64,000 nt of DNA. It comes from an uncultured Lachnospiraceae bacterium. Lineage in GTDB: Bacteria; Bacillota; Clostridia; Lachnospirales; Lachnospiraceae. This document shows, one piece after another, positions 1-10,624 of this stretch. Within the stretch, counting starts at the first letter, position 1, and each line of letters begins with the position of its first letter. The DNA is taken from positions 43,250 through 107,249 of the forward strand of contig CADAOZ010000007.1 in the NCBI GenBank assembly GCA_902789735.1, read 5' to 3'. The notes below the pieces were generated by a model. It did no database searches, had not been told where the DNA came from, and saw only the letters and a list, made by a program, of their open reading frames with translations. The translations under genes were made by a program, and so were the position numbers.

Positions 1-1707
1 CTTTAACAGGGAAGAAAGCGTCAGGCCCCTGGATTTACAGTGCTGGGCCAGCAGGTCCTTGCCCTTGATGATATTGTCTTCCTTGAGCTCCTTACGGAAC
101 CACTGGTTGATCTTGTTCCTGGTGGAGGCGGAGGCCACGATGCCCAGCCAGTCCAGGCTGGGTCCCTTGGAGTTGGGGGAGGTAATGACCTCGACCCGGT
201 CGCCGTTCTTGATCTTATAGTCGATCTTGACCTGCTTGCCGTTGACCTTGGCCCCGACCATGCGGTTGCCGACAGCGGAATGGATGGCATAGGCAAAGTC
301 AATGGGGGTGGAGCCGGCCTTGAGGTTCTTGACCTCGCCTCTGGGCGTGAAGCAGTATACACTGTCCGAGAACAGGTCCAGGTCGCTCTTGAGCAGGTTC
401 ATGAATTCCTTGTTGTCGGACATGTCCTGCTGCCATTCCAGGATCTGGCGCAGCCAGACCAGCTTCTCTTCTTCCTGGGTATCCTGTTTTTTGCCGTCGG
501 AGGCTTCCTTATATTTCCAGTGGGCGGCGATACCGTATTCCGCCGCTCTGTGCATTTCAAAGGTCCGGATCTGGATCTCGAAGGGCTCTCCGCCGGGTCC
601 GATCAGGGTGGTATGCAGGGACTGATACATATTGGCCTTGGGCATGGCGATATAGTCCTTGAACCTGCCGGGGACCGGCACATAGAGCTCGTGGATAATG
701 CCCAGGGCCGCGTAGCAGTCCCGGATCGAATTCACGATGATCCGTACCGCGAACAGATCGTAGATCTGGTCCAGGGTCTTGCCCTGATTGACCATCTTTT
801 TATAGATACTGAAGAAATGCTTGACCCTGCCGTCGACCTTGCCTTCTATGCCGGCGCCAGCGATATGCTTTCTGACCTGGGCCGCGATCTCCTGGACGTA
901 TCTCTCCCGTTCGTCCTTGCGCCTGGCCACCTTCTCAGCCAGGTCATAGTATACTTCCGGATGCAGATATTTAAGAGCCAGGTCGTCCAGTTCGACCTTG
1001 ATCCTGGAAATACCCAGCCTGGAAGCAATGGGGCTGTAAATATCCAGGGTCTCCTGGGAAATCCGCAGCTGCTTATCCGGCCGCATATGCCCCAGGGTAC
1101 GCATGTTATGGAGGCGGTCTGCCAGTTTGATCATGATGATCCGGATATCCTTGGCCATGGCGAGGAACATCTTGCGCAGGTTCCTGGCCTGTTCCTCCTG
1201 GGCTTCCATGCCCTTATCCTTGTATTCCTGGTAGTCGCTCGAATATTTGAGTTTCTGCAGCTTGGTGACTCCGTCGACCAGCAGGGCGACGTCGGGTCCG
1301 AATTCCCGTTCCAGCTGCTCTTTGGTAAAAAAGGTATCCTCGACCACATCATGGAGAAGTCCGCCGGCTATGGTCTCCTTGTCCATTTCCAGATCGGCCA
1401 GGATGATGGCCACCTGCAGGGGATGGATAATATAAGGCTGGCCGGATTTACGCTTCTGCCCTTCATGTGCCTTCTCCGCGACCGCATAGGCCTTCTCGAT
1501 CAGGGAGATATCATCGGAAGGGTGGTATCTGCGCACACGCTCGATCAGATCCTGGTACAGTTCCTCGGGACCGACGTATTCTCCGACATTTTCAATTTTA
1601 CCGTAGTCAAATTCGCATCGTTCCTCAGGAGAGGAAAGAGGCGCCGTCTGGGCGGTCTGTTTTCTCTCCGGATCCATCTGCTCTTTACCCGTTTTGATAT
1701 CAGACAT
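1..1707 (-). CDS. relA: Bifunctional (p)ppGpp synthetase/hydrolase of the RelA/SpoT family. Partial: the C-terminal end runs past the window start.
   Basis: Own translation of the minus strand from ATG at 1707: MSDIKTGKEQMDPERKQ... It carries the HD-hydrolase motif HDVVEDT, the synthetase motifs YQSLHTT and RTFEMHRAAEYGIAAHW, and a TGS-like segment. There is no in-window stop, so it is missing from the ORF track. The 602-aa 40..1848(+) ORF is its antisense shadow. Confidence 0.9.
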   Translation of the reverse strand, partial: MSDIKTGKEQMDPERKQTAQTAPLSSPEERCEFDYGKIENVGEYVGPEELYQDLIERVRRYHPSDDISLIEKAYAVAEKAHEGQKRKSGQPYIIHPLQVAIILADLEMDKETIAGGLLHDVVEDTFFTKEQLEREFGPDVALLVDGVTKLQKLKYSSDYQEYKDKGMEAQEEQARNLRKMFLAMAKDIRIIMIKLADRLHNMRTLGHMRPDKQLRISQETLDIYSPIASRLGISRIKVELDDLALKYLHPEVYYDLAEKVARRKDERERYVQEIAAQVRKHIAGAGIEGKVDGRVKHFFSIYKKMVNQGKTLDQIYDLFAVRIIVNSIRDCYAALGIIHELYVPVPGRFKDYIAMPKANMYQSLHTTLIGPGGEPFEIQIRTFEMHRAAEYGIAAHWKYKEASDGKKQDTQEEEKLVWLRQILEWQQDMSDNKEFMNLLKSDLDLFSDSVYCFTPRGEVKNLKAGSTPIDFAYAIHSAVGNRMVGAKVNGKQVKIDYKIKNGDRVEVITSPNSKGPSLDWLGIVASASTRNKINQWFRKELKEDNIIKGKDLLAQHCKSRGLTLSSLLK

Positions 1708-1929
1708 GATCAACCTCAAATAACAAATAATCTGACATTTAAATATGAAAAATTATATGCTTATTTGCCGGATTCGTCAATATTTACAGGATCCATCCGT
1801 CAGAATCCGGAAACAGAATCCGCAGGCGGAAAGCAGACCTGCCTGTAAGAAAAAAACCTTCCGCAGGAGGGTTTCCCCCGCGGAAGGTTCCGGAATTCAT
1901 TATGAATTTGTCTGCTGCAGGATTGCAGA

Positions 1930-3564
<1,635 letters not shown>

Positions 3565-3589
3565 TTATGAAAATCAGTCTGTGATGAGA

Positions 3590-3877
3590 TCAGTCCTCAA
3601 TGACCGCGAGAATATCGCTCTGCTTGACAATGATATACTTCTCGGTATCAAGCTTGACTTCGGTTCCCGCGTATTTGGAATAAATGACCTTGTCGCCGGC
3701 TTTGACCTGCATGACAACTTCCTTGCCGTCTACAACACCGCCGGGACCGGCCGCAATGACTTCCGCCTGCTGGGGCTTTTCCTTGTCCTGGCCTGGAAGA
3801 ACGATACCGGATTTGGTGGTGGTCTCCGCCTCAAGCTGCTTTAAAACAACTCTGTCACTTAAAGGTACTAACTTCAT
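3590..3877 (-). CDS. groS: Co-chaperonin GroES (Hsp10)
   Basis: 95 aa: MKLVPLSDRVVLKQLEAETTTKSGIVLPG...GDKVIYSKYAGTEVK. Lies immediately upstream of groL on the same strand. Confidence 0.97.
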   Translation of the reverse strand: MKLVPLSDRVVLKQLEAETTTKSGIVLPGQDKEKPQQAEVIAAGPGGVVDGKEVVMQVKAGDKVIYSKYAGTEVKLDTEKYIIVKQSDILAVIED

Positions 3878-3951
3878 TTTTCTGCCTCCTTATGAGAAGA
3901 TGATGCGTCCACAGGGTATACGGGACGCAGCTTGCTTATTTTTTGAGGTTG

Positions 3952-3978
3952 TTAGCACTCAACATGATTGAGTGCTAA
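3952..3978 (-). promoter_or_regulatory. CIRCE operator (HrcA binding site) upstream of groES
   Basis: Perfect consensus TTAGCACTC-N9-GAGTGCTAA read directly at 3952-3978. It sits 75 bp upstream of the groES start, with TATAAT-like sequence nearby. Confidence 0.92.
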
Positions 3979-4254
3979 CTCTATGAGGTATAATAGTTTT
4001 CAGGCTGTACAGTTGCAAATCGGTTCATGTACAGTTTTTCTCTTATTTTCTCTATAATTCTCACTATATCTCTTTATTTCTCTCTTTTTCTTATTCCAGA
4101 TATTTTTATCCTGGCGCCGGAAGATATAAACACTGCCAAAAAAACCGGCCGCGGCAGAAGCGCGGCCGGATCCCATAGCAGTCCGGTATTTCCGGGGATT
4201 ATTTCCATATTATTGAGGCTCCGTCATTGCCGGGGCCTCCGGTCCGCTGCCGGA

Positions 4255-6438
4255 TCAGGTATCCAGCCGCTGGCGGCTGACCAGGTCCGCAAAGAAGCCG
4301 TTCTTCTCGATCAGCTCCTCATAGGTGCCGTCCTCAATGATCCTGCCCTGGTCCAGGACCAGGATCCTGTCACAGTGGCGGATGGTCGAAAGACGGTGGG
4401 CGATGACGATCCTCGTGCATTTAAGGGCGTCCAGGGCCTCCGTGACCTTCTTCTGGGTATGGTTGTCCAGCGCGGAGGTCGCTTCATCGAACATGAGGAT
4501 CCTGGGCTTGCCCGCGACGGCTCTGGCGATCATGATCCTCTGCTTCTGGCCGCCGGAGATACCGCCCTGCCCTTCTCCGATGATGGTCATCATGCCCATG
4601 GGCATTTCCCGGATATCATCGGCCAGACCGGCCATTTCGGCCGCGTCCCAGGCCCCCTGCATGGTCAGTGACGGGGCCGAGATGGAAATATTTTCATAGA
4701 TACTGCCCATGAAGAGCTTGCCGTTCTGCATGACGGTGCCGATCTTCTGGCGCAGGGACTTGAGGTCCAGTCTGGCTATGTCCTTCCCGTCATAATAGAC
4801 CGCGCCTTTGGAAGGGGTCTCGAAACCCAGCAGGAGCCGCATCAGGGTGGATTTGCCGCAGCCGGTCCTGCCGACGATGGCCACATACTGGCCGGGCCGG
4901 ATCTTCAGGTTCATGCTGTCAATGACAAGGGGCATGCTGTCATTATAGCGGAAGGAGACATTGCTCATCTCAATGCCGCCGCTCAGTCTGGAGATGACCT
5001 GTTTGCCTTCTGCCGTTTCCGGCACTGCCTTGAAGAAGGGCTCCACCATCTCCAGGACGGGGCGGATCTCCGCGACTGTAGTCGCAATGCCCGACAGGCT
5101 GGAAAAAGCGCCGAAGACCATGCCGTAAGAAGCGGTAAAAGCGTAGTAGTCCGCCGTGGTAATATTACTCTGGATAGCCAGATAGTAAAAGATTACCGTG
5201 CTGATCAGGCCCAGGGCCGTGGTGATGGTGCCGTTGATCCGCAGGAACAGAGGCAGGTTATAGGTCAGGGAAGCGGATTTTGAAAAGGTATCCGCCCATT
5301 TGGCGAATGCCCTCTTTTCCGCGCCGGCCAGACGGATCTTCTGCACGCCGGAAATCAGGGAATAGCTCAGGCCGTTCTCTTTGGCAGACAGCTCCATCTG
5401 CTGCTTGCTGATCCGCATCTGGACCAGGGTCGTTACCATACTGAAGCACACCGTGATCACGATGATGATCAGGGCCGGTACGGCCATGGAAGGCGCGAAA
5501 GAACGGATCTGCGCGATGTAAAGGAGCGATGTGACGGAAGTCAGTCCGGTCGAGAAAATGATCATGGACAGGGTATTGCAGAGGGTGCTCACATACTGGG
5601 TCCTGGTCTGCAGATCACCGGAACTGTATTGTTTAAAGAAACTGGCCGGCAGGGACAGGACCCGCATCATGACCGCGGATTCGACCTGCATGCTCATCTG
5701 GGATTCAATTCTGGAATTGACCATCTGCTTGGCGATGGACAGGAGGTTCTCCGAAATCCTGACGCAGATCATAAAGACCGCAATGGCAATCAGGATCCGG
5801 ACGCTTTTGCTGTCCACCACATCACTGAACAGGAACTGCTGCAGCCTGGGGGAGATCATACCTACCAGGGTACAGATCAGGGTAACAATGATCATCAGGA
5901 CGACGTCGGATTTGGTCACAGTCCCCAGGATATAGCTGAACATATCCTTGATGGTCAGCTCCCGCAGGGGAAAGGGCTTGTAAAAACACAGGCCTTCCTC
6001 TTCAAAAAGCTGTTCCGTGCTGCTGTCGACCTTACGGCGTTCTCCGGTCTCCGGGTCCAGGAAAGTATATCCCATGATATTGCCGGGGATCAGGGCCGTA
6101 ACCATGCCTGTGTCTTTACGGACGGCCAGCATGGGACCGCAGGCATCCTTATACCAGCCCTTCTCCAGCTTGACGGTCCGGTGCATCAGGCCGTGGGGAC
6201 GCATCAGGTAATCCAGCTGATCCGTCCACTCCCGGATATTGTCCGGCACATCCTGCAGCTTGTAGTGATAATACTTCAGGATCTCATCAATGGCGTTCTT
6301 GGCACGTGCACGCTCATCCTTGAGGGCGGATTCCGCTTTGGCGCCCATGACCGCGCCGGCCATACGGATAAAAGAATCCTGGAACTGCTCGTCGTCGCTG
6401 ATCTTTCGTTGTTTTATCTGTTCATCAAACCAACCCAT
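4255..6438 (-). CDS. Bacteriocin/peptide-export ABC transporter (permease plus ATPase) without a peptidase domain, of the NHLM/NHLP-type second ABC subunit family
   Basis: 727 aa. The ~160-aa N-terminal domain lacks the C39 Cys/His residues. A six-helix transmembrane domain follows. Walker A is GRTGCGKST, the ABC signature is LSGGQKQR, and Walker B is ILMFDEATSALD. RBS GGAGG precedes the ATG at 6438. Confidence 0.85.
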   Translation of the reverse strand: MGWFDEQIKQRKISDDEQFQDSFIRMAGAVMGAKAESALKDERARAKNAIDEILKYYHYKLQDVPDNIREWTDQLDYLMRPHGLMHRTVKLEKGWYKDACGPMLAVRKDTGMVTALIPGNIMGYTFLDPETGERRKVDSSTEQLFEEEGLCFYKPFPLRELTIKDMFSYILGTVTKSDVVLMIIVTLICTLVGMISPRLQQFLFSDVVDSKSVRILIAIAVFMICVRISENLLSIAKQMVNSRIESQMSMQVESAVMMRVLSLPASFFKQYSSGDLQTRTQYVSTLCNTLSMIIFSTGLTSVTSLLYIAQIRSFAPSMAVPALIIIVITVCFSMVTTLVQMRISKQQMELSAKENGLSYSLISGVQKIRLAGAEKRAFAKWADTFSKSASLTYNLPLFLRINGTITTALGLISTVIFYYLAIQSNITTADYYAFTASYGMVFGAFSSLSGIATTVAEIRPVLEMVEPFFKAVPETAEGKQVISRLSGGIEMSNVSFRYNDSMPLVIDSMNLKIRPGQYVAIVGRTGCGKSTLMRLLLGFETPSKGAVYYDGKDIARLDLKSLRQKIGTVMQNGKLFMGSIYENISISAPSLTMQGAWDAAEMAGLADDIREMPMGMMTIIGEGQGGISGGQKQRIMIARAVAGKPRILMFDEATSALDNHTQKKVTEALDALKCTRIVIAHRLSTIRHCDRILVLDQGRIIEDGTYEELIEKNGFFADLVSRQRLDT

Positions 6439-6485
6439 GGTATTCCTCCCGGGCTTCCGAAACAGGTGCTGAAAGCAAATCGTGT

Positions 6486-8672
6486 TTATTCATTGGTAAC
6501 AAGAGCCGCGTAGGCGCCGCCCTTCGCATAAAGTTCATCGTGGGTGCCCCGTTCCACGACCTTGCCGTGATCGAGTACGATGATCTCGTCGGAATCACGG
6601 ATGGTGGAAAGGCGGTGGGCGACCACAATGCAGGTGATGCCCCTGTCACGGATGGCCTTGACGACCTCATACTCGGTCTTGGCGTCCAGGGCCGAGGTGG
6701 CCTCATCCAGAATGATGATGGTCGGATCCTGGGCCAGAACACGGGCGATCTCCATCCGCTGGCGCTGGCCGCCGGAAAAGTCCCGTCCGCCTTCTGTGAT
6801 CCGGTATTCATAACCGCCGTCACGCTGCATGATATCATCATGGATCTGGGCGTCTCTGGCGGCCAGGATGACCTCAAAGTCCTCGATGCTGTTGTCCCAC
6901 ATACGTATATTGTTGGCAATGGTATCTTCGAACAGGATGATATCCTGATCGACGACCGCCAGGGAGCCCGTAAAGACGCCTCTGTCGATCTCCGTGCATT
7001 TCTTTCCGTCAAACAGGATCTCGCCGCTCCAGGGATGGTAGAGGCCCGAGATCAGTTTGGAAATGGTGGATTTGCCGCAGCCGGAGGAACCGACCAGAGC
7101 GATCCTGCTGCCGGGCTTCATGGTCAGGTTGAAATCCTCGATCAGAGGTTTGGCCAGCCTGGAATAGCCGAAGGTCACATGTTTGAGCTCAACCGTACCG
7201 GACAGCTTGTCATATTCCAGTTTTTCATCGTAATCATCATTGGCCAGGACCGGGTCATCCGGATACTGCATGACGTCTTCGATCCGTTCCATGGAGGTCC
7301 GCATCTCCTGCAGGGTCTGGCCGGCGGAGGTCAGCCTGGTGGCAGGCGACATAAAGCTGGACAGATAGCCCTGGAACTGGGTGATCAGACCGATGGTGAA
7401 CTGGCCCTGCATGGTCAGGTAGACGCCCATGATGACGACCAGTACGTTGGTGATCATGGACACCAGGGAAGGGATCATGCCCAGATACTGATTGATCAGG
7501 TTATATTTGACGTCCTGGGTGTTGACACTGGCCTGATAGCCGGCCCATCTCTCAAAGTAACCTTCTTCCGCGCCCGTGGATTTGATGGATTCGATCATCT
7601 CGATACCGGCCACGGTAGCACCGGCCAGCTTGCCGCTGTCACGCATCTGGACACGGGTGATGTTGATCCTCCGGGCGGATATGATCCTGGACATGAAGAT
7701 ATTGATGACCATGGAAGTCAGGCCCAGAATGGTCAGTACCGCGCTGATCCGCAGCATGACGGCCAGATAAAAGACCATCATGACAGAATCCAGGAACAGA
7801 GGCGCGAAGGTATTGATCAGGTTGCCGGCTATGACCGCGTTGGTGCCCTTACGCTGCTGGATATCCCCGGCCATCCGCTGGGAATAGAATTCCATGGGCA
7901 GGCGGAGCACCTTCCACATATAGGTGGAATTGCCCACAATGGACATTTTGCCGTTGATCCGCAGGCTGTAGATCTCCCGCATGCCCGCGATCAGGATCTC
8001 CAGGGCCGTAAAAGCGGCCAGGGCGATGATAAAGGGCATGGCCCAGTCCGGATTCCTGCCCACCAGCAGCCGGTCGAAGAATACCCTCGAGAAGCCCGGA
8101 TTGATCAGGTTGAGGAGCGAGGAGATCACTGAGGACATAACAATAAAAGCGGCCGCTGAACCGGCCCCTTTCATCCTTGCTTTGGCGAAATCAAGCACAC
8201 TCTTCTGTTTGCCGCTGGGTTCAAAGTTCTCTCCCGGCCAGAACATCAGGCAGATTCCCGTAAAGGCTTTGTCAAATTCCTCCATGGTAATCTTTACCTC
8301 GCCTCTGGCAGGGTCATTGATCACAGCGTAGTTTCCCCTGAAACCATCCAGCACCACAAAATGGTTGAAATTCCAGTGGATGATACAGGGAAATTCTCCG
8401 TTCTCCTTAAGGATCTCCGGCTCGAACCGGTACCCTTTGGCTTCCAGACCGTAATTTCTCGCCGCGATCAGTATATTTTTCGCGTTGGATCCGTCCCTGG
8501 AAACGCCGCAGTCCGTCCGGACCTGCTCCAGGGGTATCCATTTCTCATAATATGCCAGGACCATGGCCAGGCAGGCCGCCCCGCATTCCAGGGCTTCCAG
8601 CTGCATGACGACCGGAACCTTTGCCACGCCTTTGCTGACCGGGTCCTTGACTTTTACCTTGCTGCTGCTCAT
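6486..8672 (-). CDS. Peptidase C39 (double-glycine leader) ABC transporter, ATP-binding/permease protein
   Basis: 728 aa. The N-terminal C39 domain carries the catalytic Cys (QLEALECGAACLAMVL) and His (HWNFNHFVVL). A transmembrane domain follows. Walker A is GSSGCGKST, the signature is FSGGQRQR, and Walker B is IIILDEATSALD. Confidence 0.9.
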   Translation of the reverse strand: MSSSKVKVKDPVSKGVAKVPVVMQLEALECGAACLAMVLAYYEKWIPLEQVRTDCGVSRDGSNAKNILIAARNYGLEAKGYRFEPEILKENGEFPCIIHWNFNHFVVLDGFRGNYAVINDPARGEVKITMEEFDKAFTGICLMFWPGENFEPSGKQKSVLDFAKARMKGAGSAAAFIVMSSVISSLLNLINPGFSRVFFDRLLVGRNPDWAMPFIIALAAFTALEILIAGMREIYSLRINGKMSIVGNSTYMWKVLRLPMEFYSQRMAGDIQQRKGTNAVIAGNLINTFAPLFLDSVMMVFYLAVMLRISAVLTILGLTSMVINIFMSRIISARRINITRVQMRDSGKLAGATVAGIEMIESIKSTGAEEGYFERWAGYQASVNTQDVKYNLINQYLGMIPSLVSMITNVLVVIMGVYLTMQGQFTIGLITQFQGYLSSFMSPATRLTSAGQTLQEMRTSMERIEDVMQYPDDPVLANDDYDEKLEYDKLSGTVELKHVTFGYSRLAKPLIEDFNLTMKPGSRIALVGSSGCGKSTISKLISGLYHPWSGEILFDGKKCTEIDRGVFTGSLAVVDQDIILFEDTIANNIRMWDNSIEDFEVILAARDAQIHDDIMQRDGGYEYRITEGGRDFSGGQRQRMEIARVLAQDPTIIILDEATSALDAKTEYEVVKAIRDRGITCIVVAHRLSTIRDSDEIIVLDHGKVVERGTHDELYAKGGAYAALVTNE

Positions 8673-8688
8673 CCTTTTCTCCTGCCTG

Positions 8689-9174
8689 TCAACGTGAAGA
8701 TATGATAAAGGAAATAGGCCTGATCTTTTCGATCACCAGCACCCCGTTATAGGTGCCGTCGTCCAGACTGAGCTGCGTTGTGACCGGATACAGGACTTCC
8801 GCCCCCGTCAGCCCTTCCAGGGACAGGGCTTCTTCCGTTAAAACACTGGCCGCAATGACAGACTGGCTGGTATCCACCTCCACCGGAACGGAGTCATCCC
8901 CTACTTCCAGCCTGGTGTCTTCATTGATATCCTCACTGACAACAGCCGTTACGTAGCAGGTGCCTTTTCCTTTTTCCACACTGACCTGCAGATCCGTCTT
9001 TGTGACCAGATGGCCAAAGACCCCCCAGAGGATGATTCCCACCAGCAGGATGATGGCCGCTGCAAGAAAGATCCATATCCCGGGACTTGTGACTCTGATA
9101 TAATCATTGAGCTGCTCCGGCGATTCGATCCGGTCCAGGCTCTTCTTTCTGAAAATACTGTTCTTTTCACTCAT
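8689..9174 (-). CDS. HlyD-family bacteriocin secretion accessory protein, unusually short (161 aa)
   Basis: The N-terminus FRKKSLDRIESPEQLNDYIRVTSPGIWIFLAAAIILLVGIILWGVF matches the conserved start of LcnD/HlyD-like peptide secretion proteins (cytoplasmic tail, signal-anchor helix). Only ~110 aa of periplasmic domain follow and there is no long coiled coil. Confidence 0.7.
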   Translation of the reverse strand: MSEKNSIFRKKSLDRIESPEQLNDYIRVTSPGIWIFLAAAIILLVGIILWGVFGHLVTKTDLQVSVEKGKGTCYVTAVVSEDINEDTRLEVGDDSVPVEVDTSQSVIAASVLTEEALSLEGLTGAEVLYPVTTQLSLDDGTYNGVLVIEKIRPISFIISSR

Positions 9175-9207
9175 AGCTTTTGTCCGTTCTCTGCTCTCCT
9201 GGCGGGA

Positions 9208-9615
9208 TCATGCGTTTTTGGTCATGGTCAGGATGTTCTCACCGCCGGTACGGCTGTATTCCAGCTTATCCATGTTCTTTTTGACCATAAAAATGCCCAG
9301 TCCCCCTATAGGCCTGTCTTCCGCGCCCAGCGTGATGTCCGGATCTGATTTGCCAAGAGGATCATATGGAATCCCCCTGTCCCTGAATACAATGATAAAG
9401 CGTCTGTCCGCGCTGCTGCCGCTGATCTGGATGTCCGCGTGACCGATCCTTCCGGGATAGGCGTATTGGGCAATGTTGACGAAGATTTCTTCTACAGATA
9501 TATCGATCTGCATCTGCGCCTTCATAGGGCAGCCGGCTTCCTCCAGATATGAATCGATGAACATAAGGACCTGCGGCAGATTGTCGACTTTCGCTTCAAT
9601 ATTTAAATTTTTCAT
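9208..9615 (-). CDS. Anti-sigma regulatory factor (GHKL Ser/Thr kinase of the RsbW/SpoIIAB type)
   Basis: 135 aa. N-box-like EEIFVNIAQYA, G1 DRGIPYD, G2 GGLGIFMVKK. The size and motifs are those of partner-switching kinases. Confidence 0.8.
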   Translation of the reverse strand: MKNLNIEAKVDNLPQVLMFIDSYLEEAGCPMKAQMQIDISVEEIFVNIAQYAYPGRIGHADIQISGSSADRRFIIVFRDRGIPYDPLGKSDPDITLGAEDRPIGGLGIFMVKKNMDKLEYSRTGGENILTMTKNA

Positions 9616-9664
9616 GCTCTTATACCCTGTTTAAATACCGGCGATGCTGCGTCCTTCCTGCTCT

Positions 9665-9961
9665 TTACTCGATCGTGAGAATATCACTGAAGCCGGTGAC
9701 TTCGAAAACCTCCATAACAGGGTCACAGACATGGATCAGCTTCATGCTGCCCTGCTTATTCATGACTTTCTGGGCAGAGAGCAGAACTCGAAGGCCTGCG
9801 GAAGAAATATACTCCAGATTCGTAAAGTCCAGGGTCAGATCCGTGATCCCGTTCAGAGAACGGCGGAGTTCTGTCTCGAGAGCCGGCGCTGTCATGGTAT
9901 CCAGCCTGCCTTCTACCTTGATTGTTAATTCTGTTCCGTTCAATGCTTTCCTGATTTCCAT
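9665..9961 (-). CDS. STAS-domain anti-sigma factor antagonist (SpoIIAA/RsbV-like)
   Basis: Trimmed to the ATG at 9961 (MEIRKALNGTELTIKVEGRLDT...), which has a GGAGG RBS 7 nt upstream. The conserved phosphorylatable region is DLTLDFTNLEYISSAGLRVLL. The ORF-track N-terminal extension lacks an RBS. Confidence 0.8.
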   Translation of the reverse strand: MEIRKALNGTELTIKVEGRLDTMTAPALETELRRSLNGITDLTLDFTNLEYISSAGLRVLLSAQKVMNKQGSMKLIHVCDPVMEVFEVTGFSDILTIE

Positions 9962-10289
9962 TTCTATCCTCCAAAAATATTTATGAACATAGTTGAGATA
10001 TCCTGAGATTTTATTATAAACCATACATGCCGTAGTAGCAAACAGGAGCCGGTAAAAAATAAAAGCCTTCCGCCTTCCTGTACGCGTTCTGTTATGTGCC
10101 GTTATCAGATATGCAAAAACCTTTTATCAGATTTAGAACATCCTGAAATCGTTTTTCCGCAACTTTCTGAAGGGTTTTAAAAATTACTGTTGCATCCGGC
10201 AGAATCCGGTGCTATAGTAAATGTAGTTTTGATAACTACATCTTAGCGTTTTCATTATTTTTAACGGCCTGGCACGCCGGAAAGGATGC

Positions 10290-10556
10290 ATGAACATGAC
10301 TGTAAAAGATTTAAAGAAATTCTTCAAAGAGCACCTGGTCCCCGCCAATGTGTACAGCTTTAAAGGCGGCAACCATAAGAACAGGATCTGCATGGGACGT
10401 ACCAAAAAAGGCTGGGAGATCTATTTCAGCGACAAAAAGAAGAAGATCGGCCTGATGCAGTTCGCCAGCGAAAGTGAAGCCTGCATGCGCATGAAGGAGG
10501 AGGTCCTCAAACTCATGGAGCAGGTCTACGGACTGAGCTGGAGAAATTTTGCCTGA
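10290..10556 (+). CDS. Small hypothetical protein (86-88 aa), Lys-rich with 3 Cys. Possible double-glycine-type leader (…VPANVYSFKGG).
   Basis: AAAGGA RBS at 10281-10286 favours the second ATG (10296, MTVKDL). Codon usage is genome-typical. It is followed by a strong terminator. I recognise no family. Confidence 0.5.
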   Translation: MNMTVKDLKKFFKEHLVPANVYSFKGGNHKNRICMGRTKKGWEIYFSDKKKKIGLMQFASESEACMRMKEEVLKLMEQVYGLSWRNFA

Positions 10557-10624
10557 TCCGGCAGGAACGCTCTTTTGTTTACTTCCTATAATTATTATTT
10601 ACTATCCTTCTATTCATCTCTCAG

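Noticed and set aside
40-1848. 602-aa + strand ORF (MLGQQVLALDD...) covering the start of the window
   Set aside because: It is the antisense shadow of the relA/spoT gene. The minus-strand translation gives unmistakable RelA/SpoT motifs, and the + strand product is low-complexity G/D/L/V-rich with no RBS.
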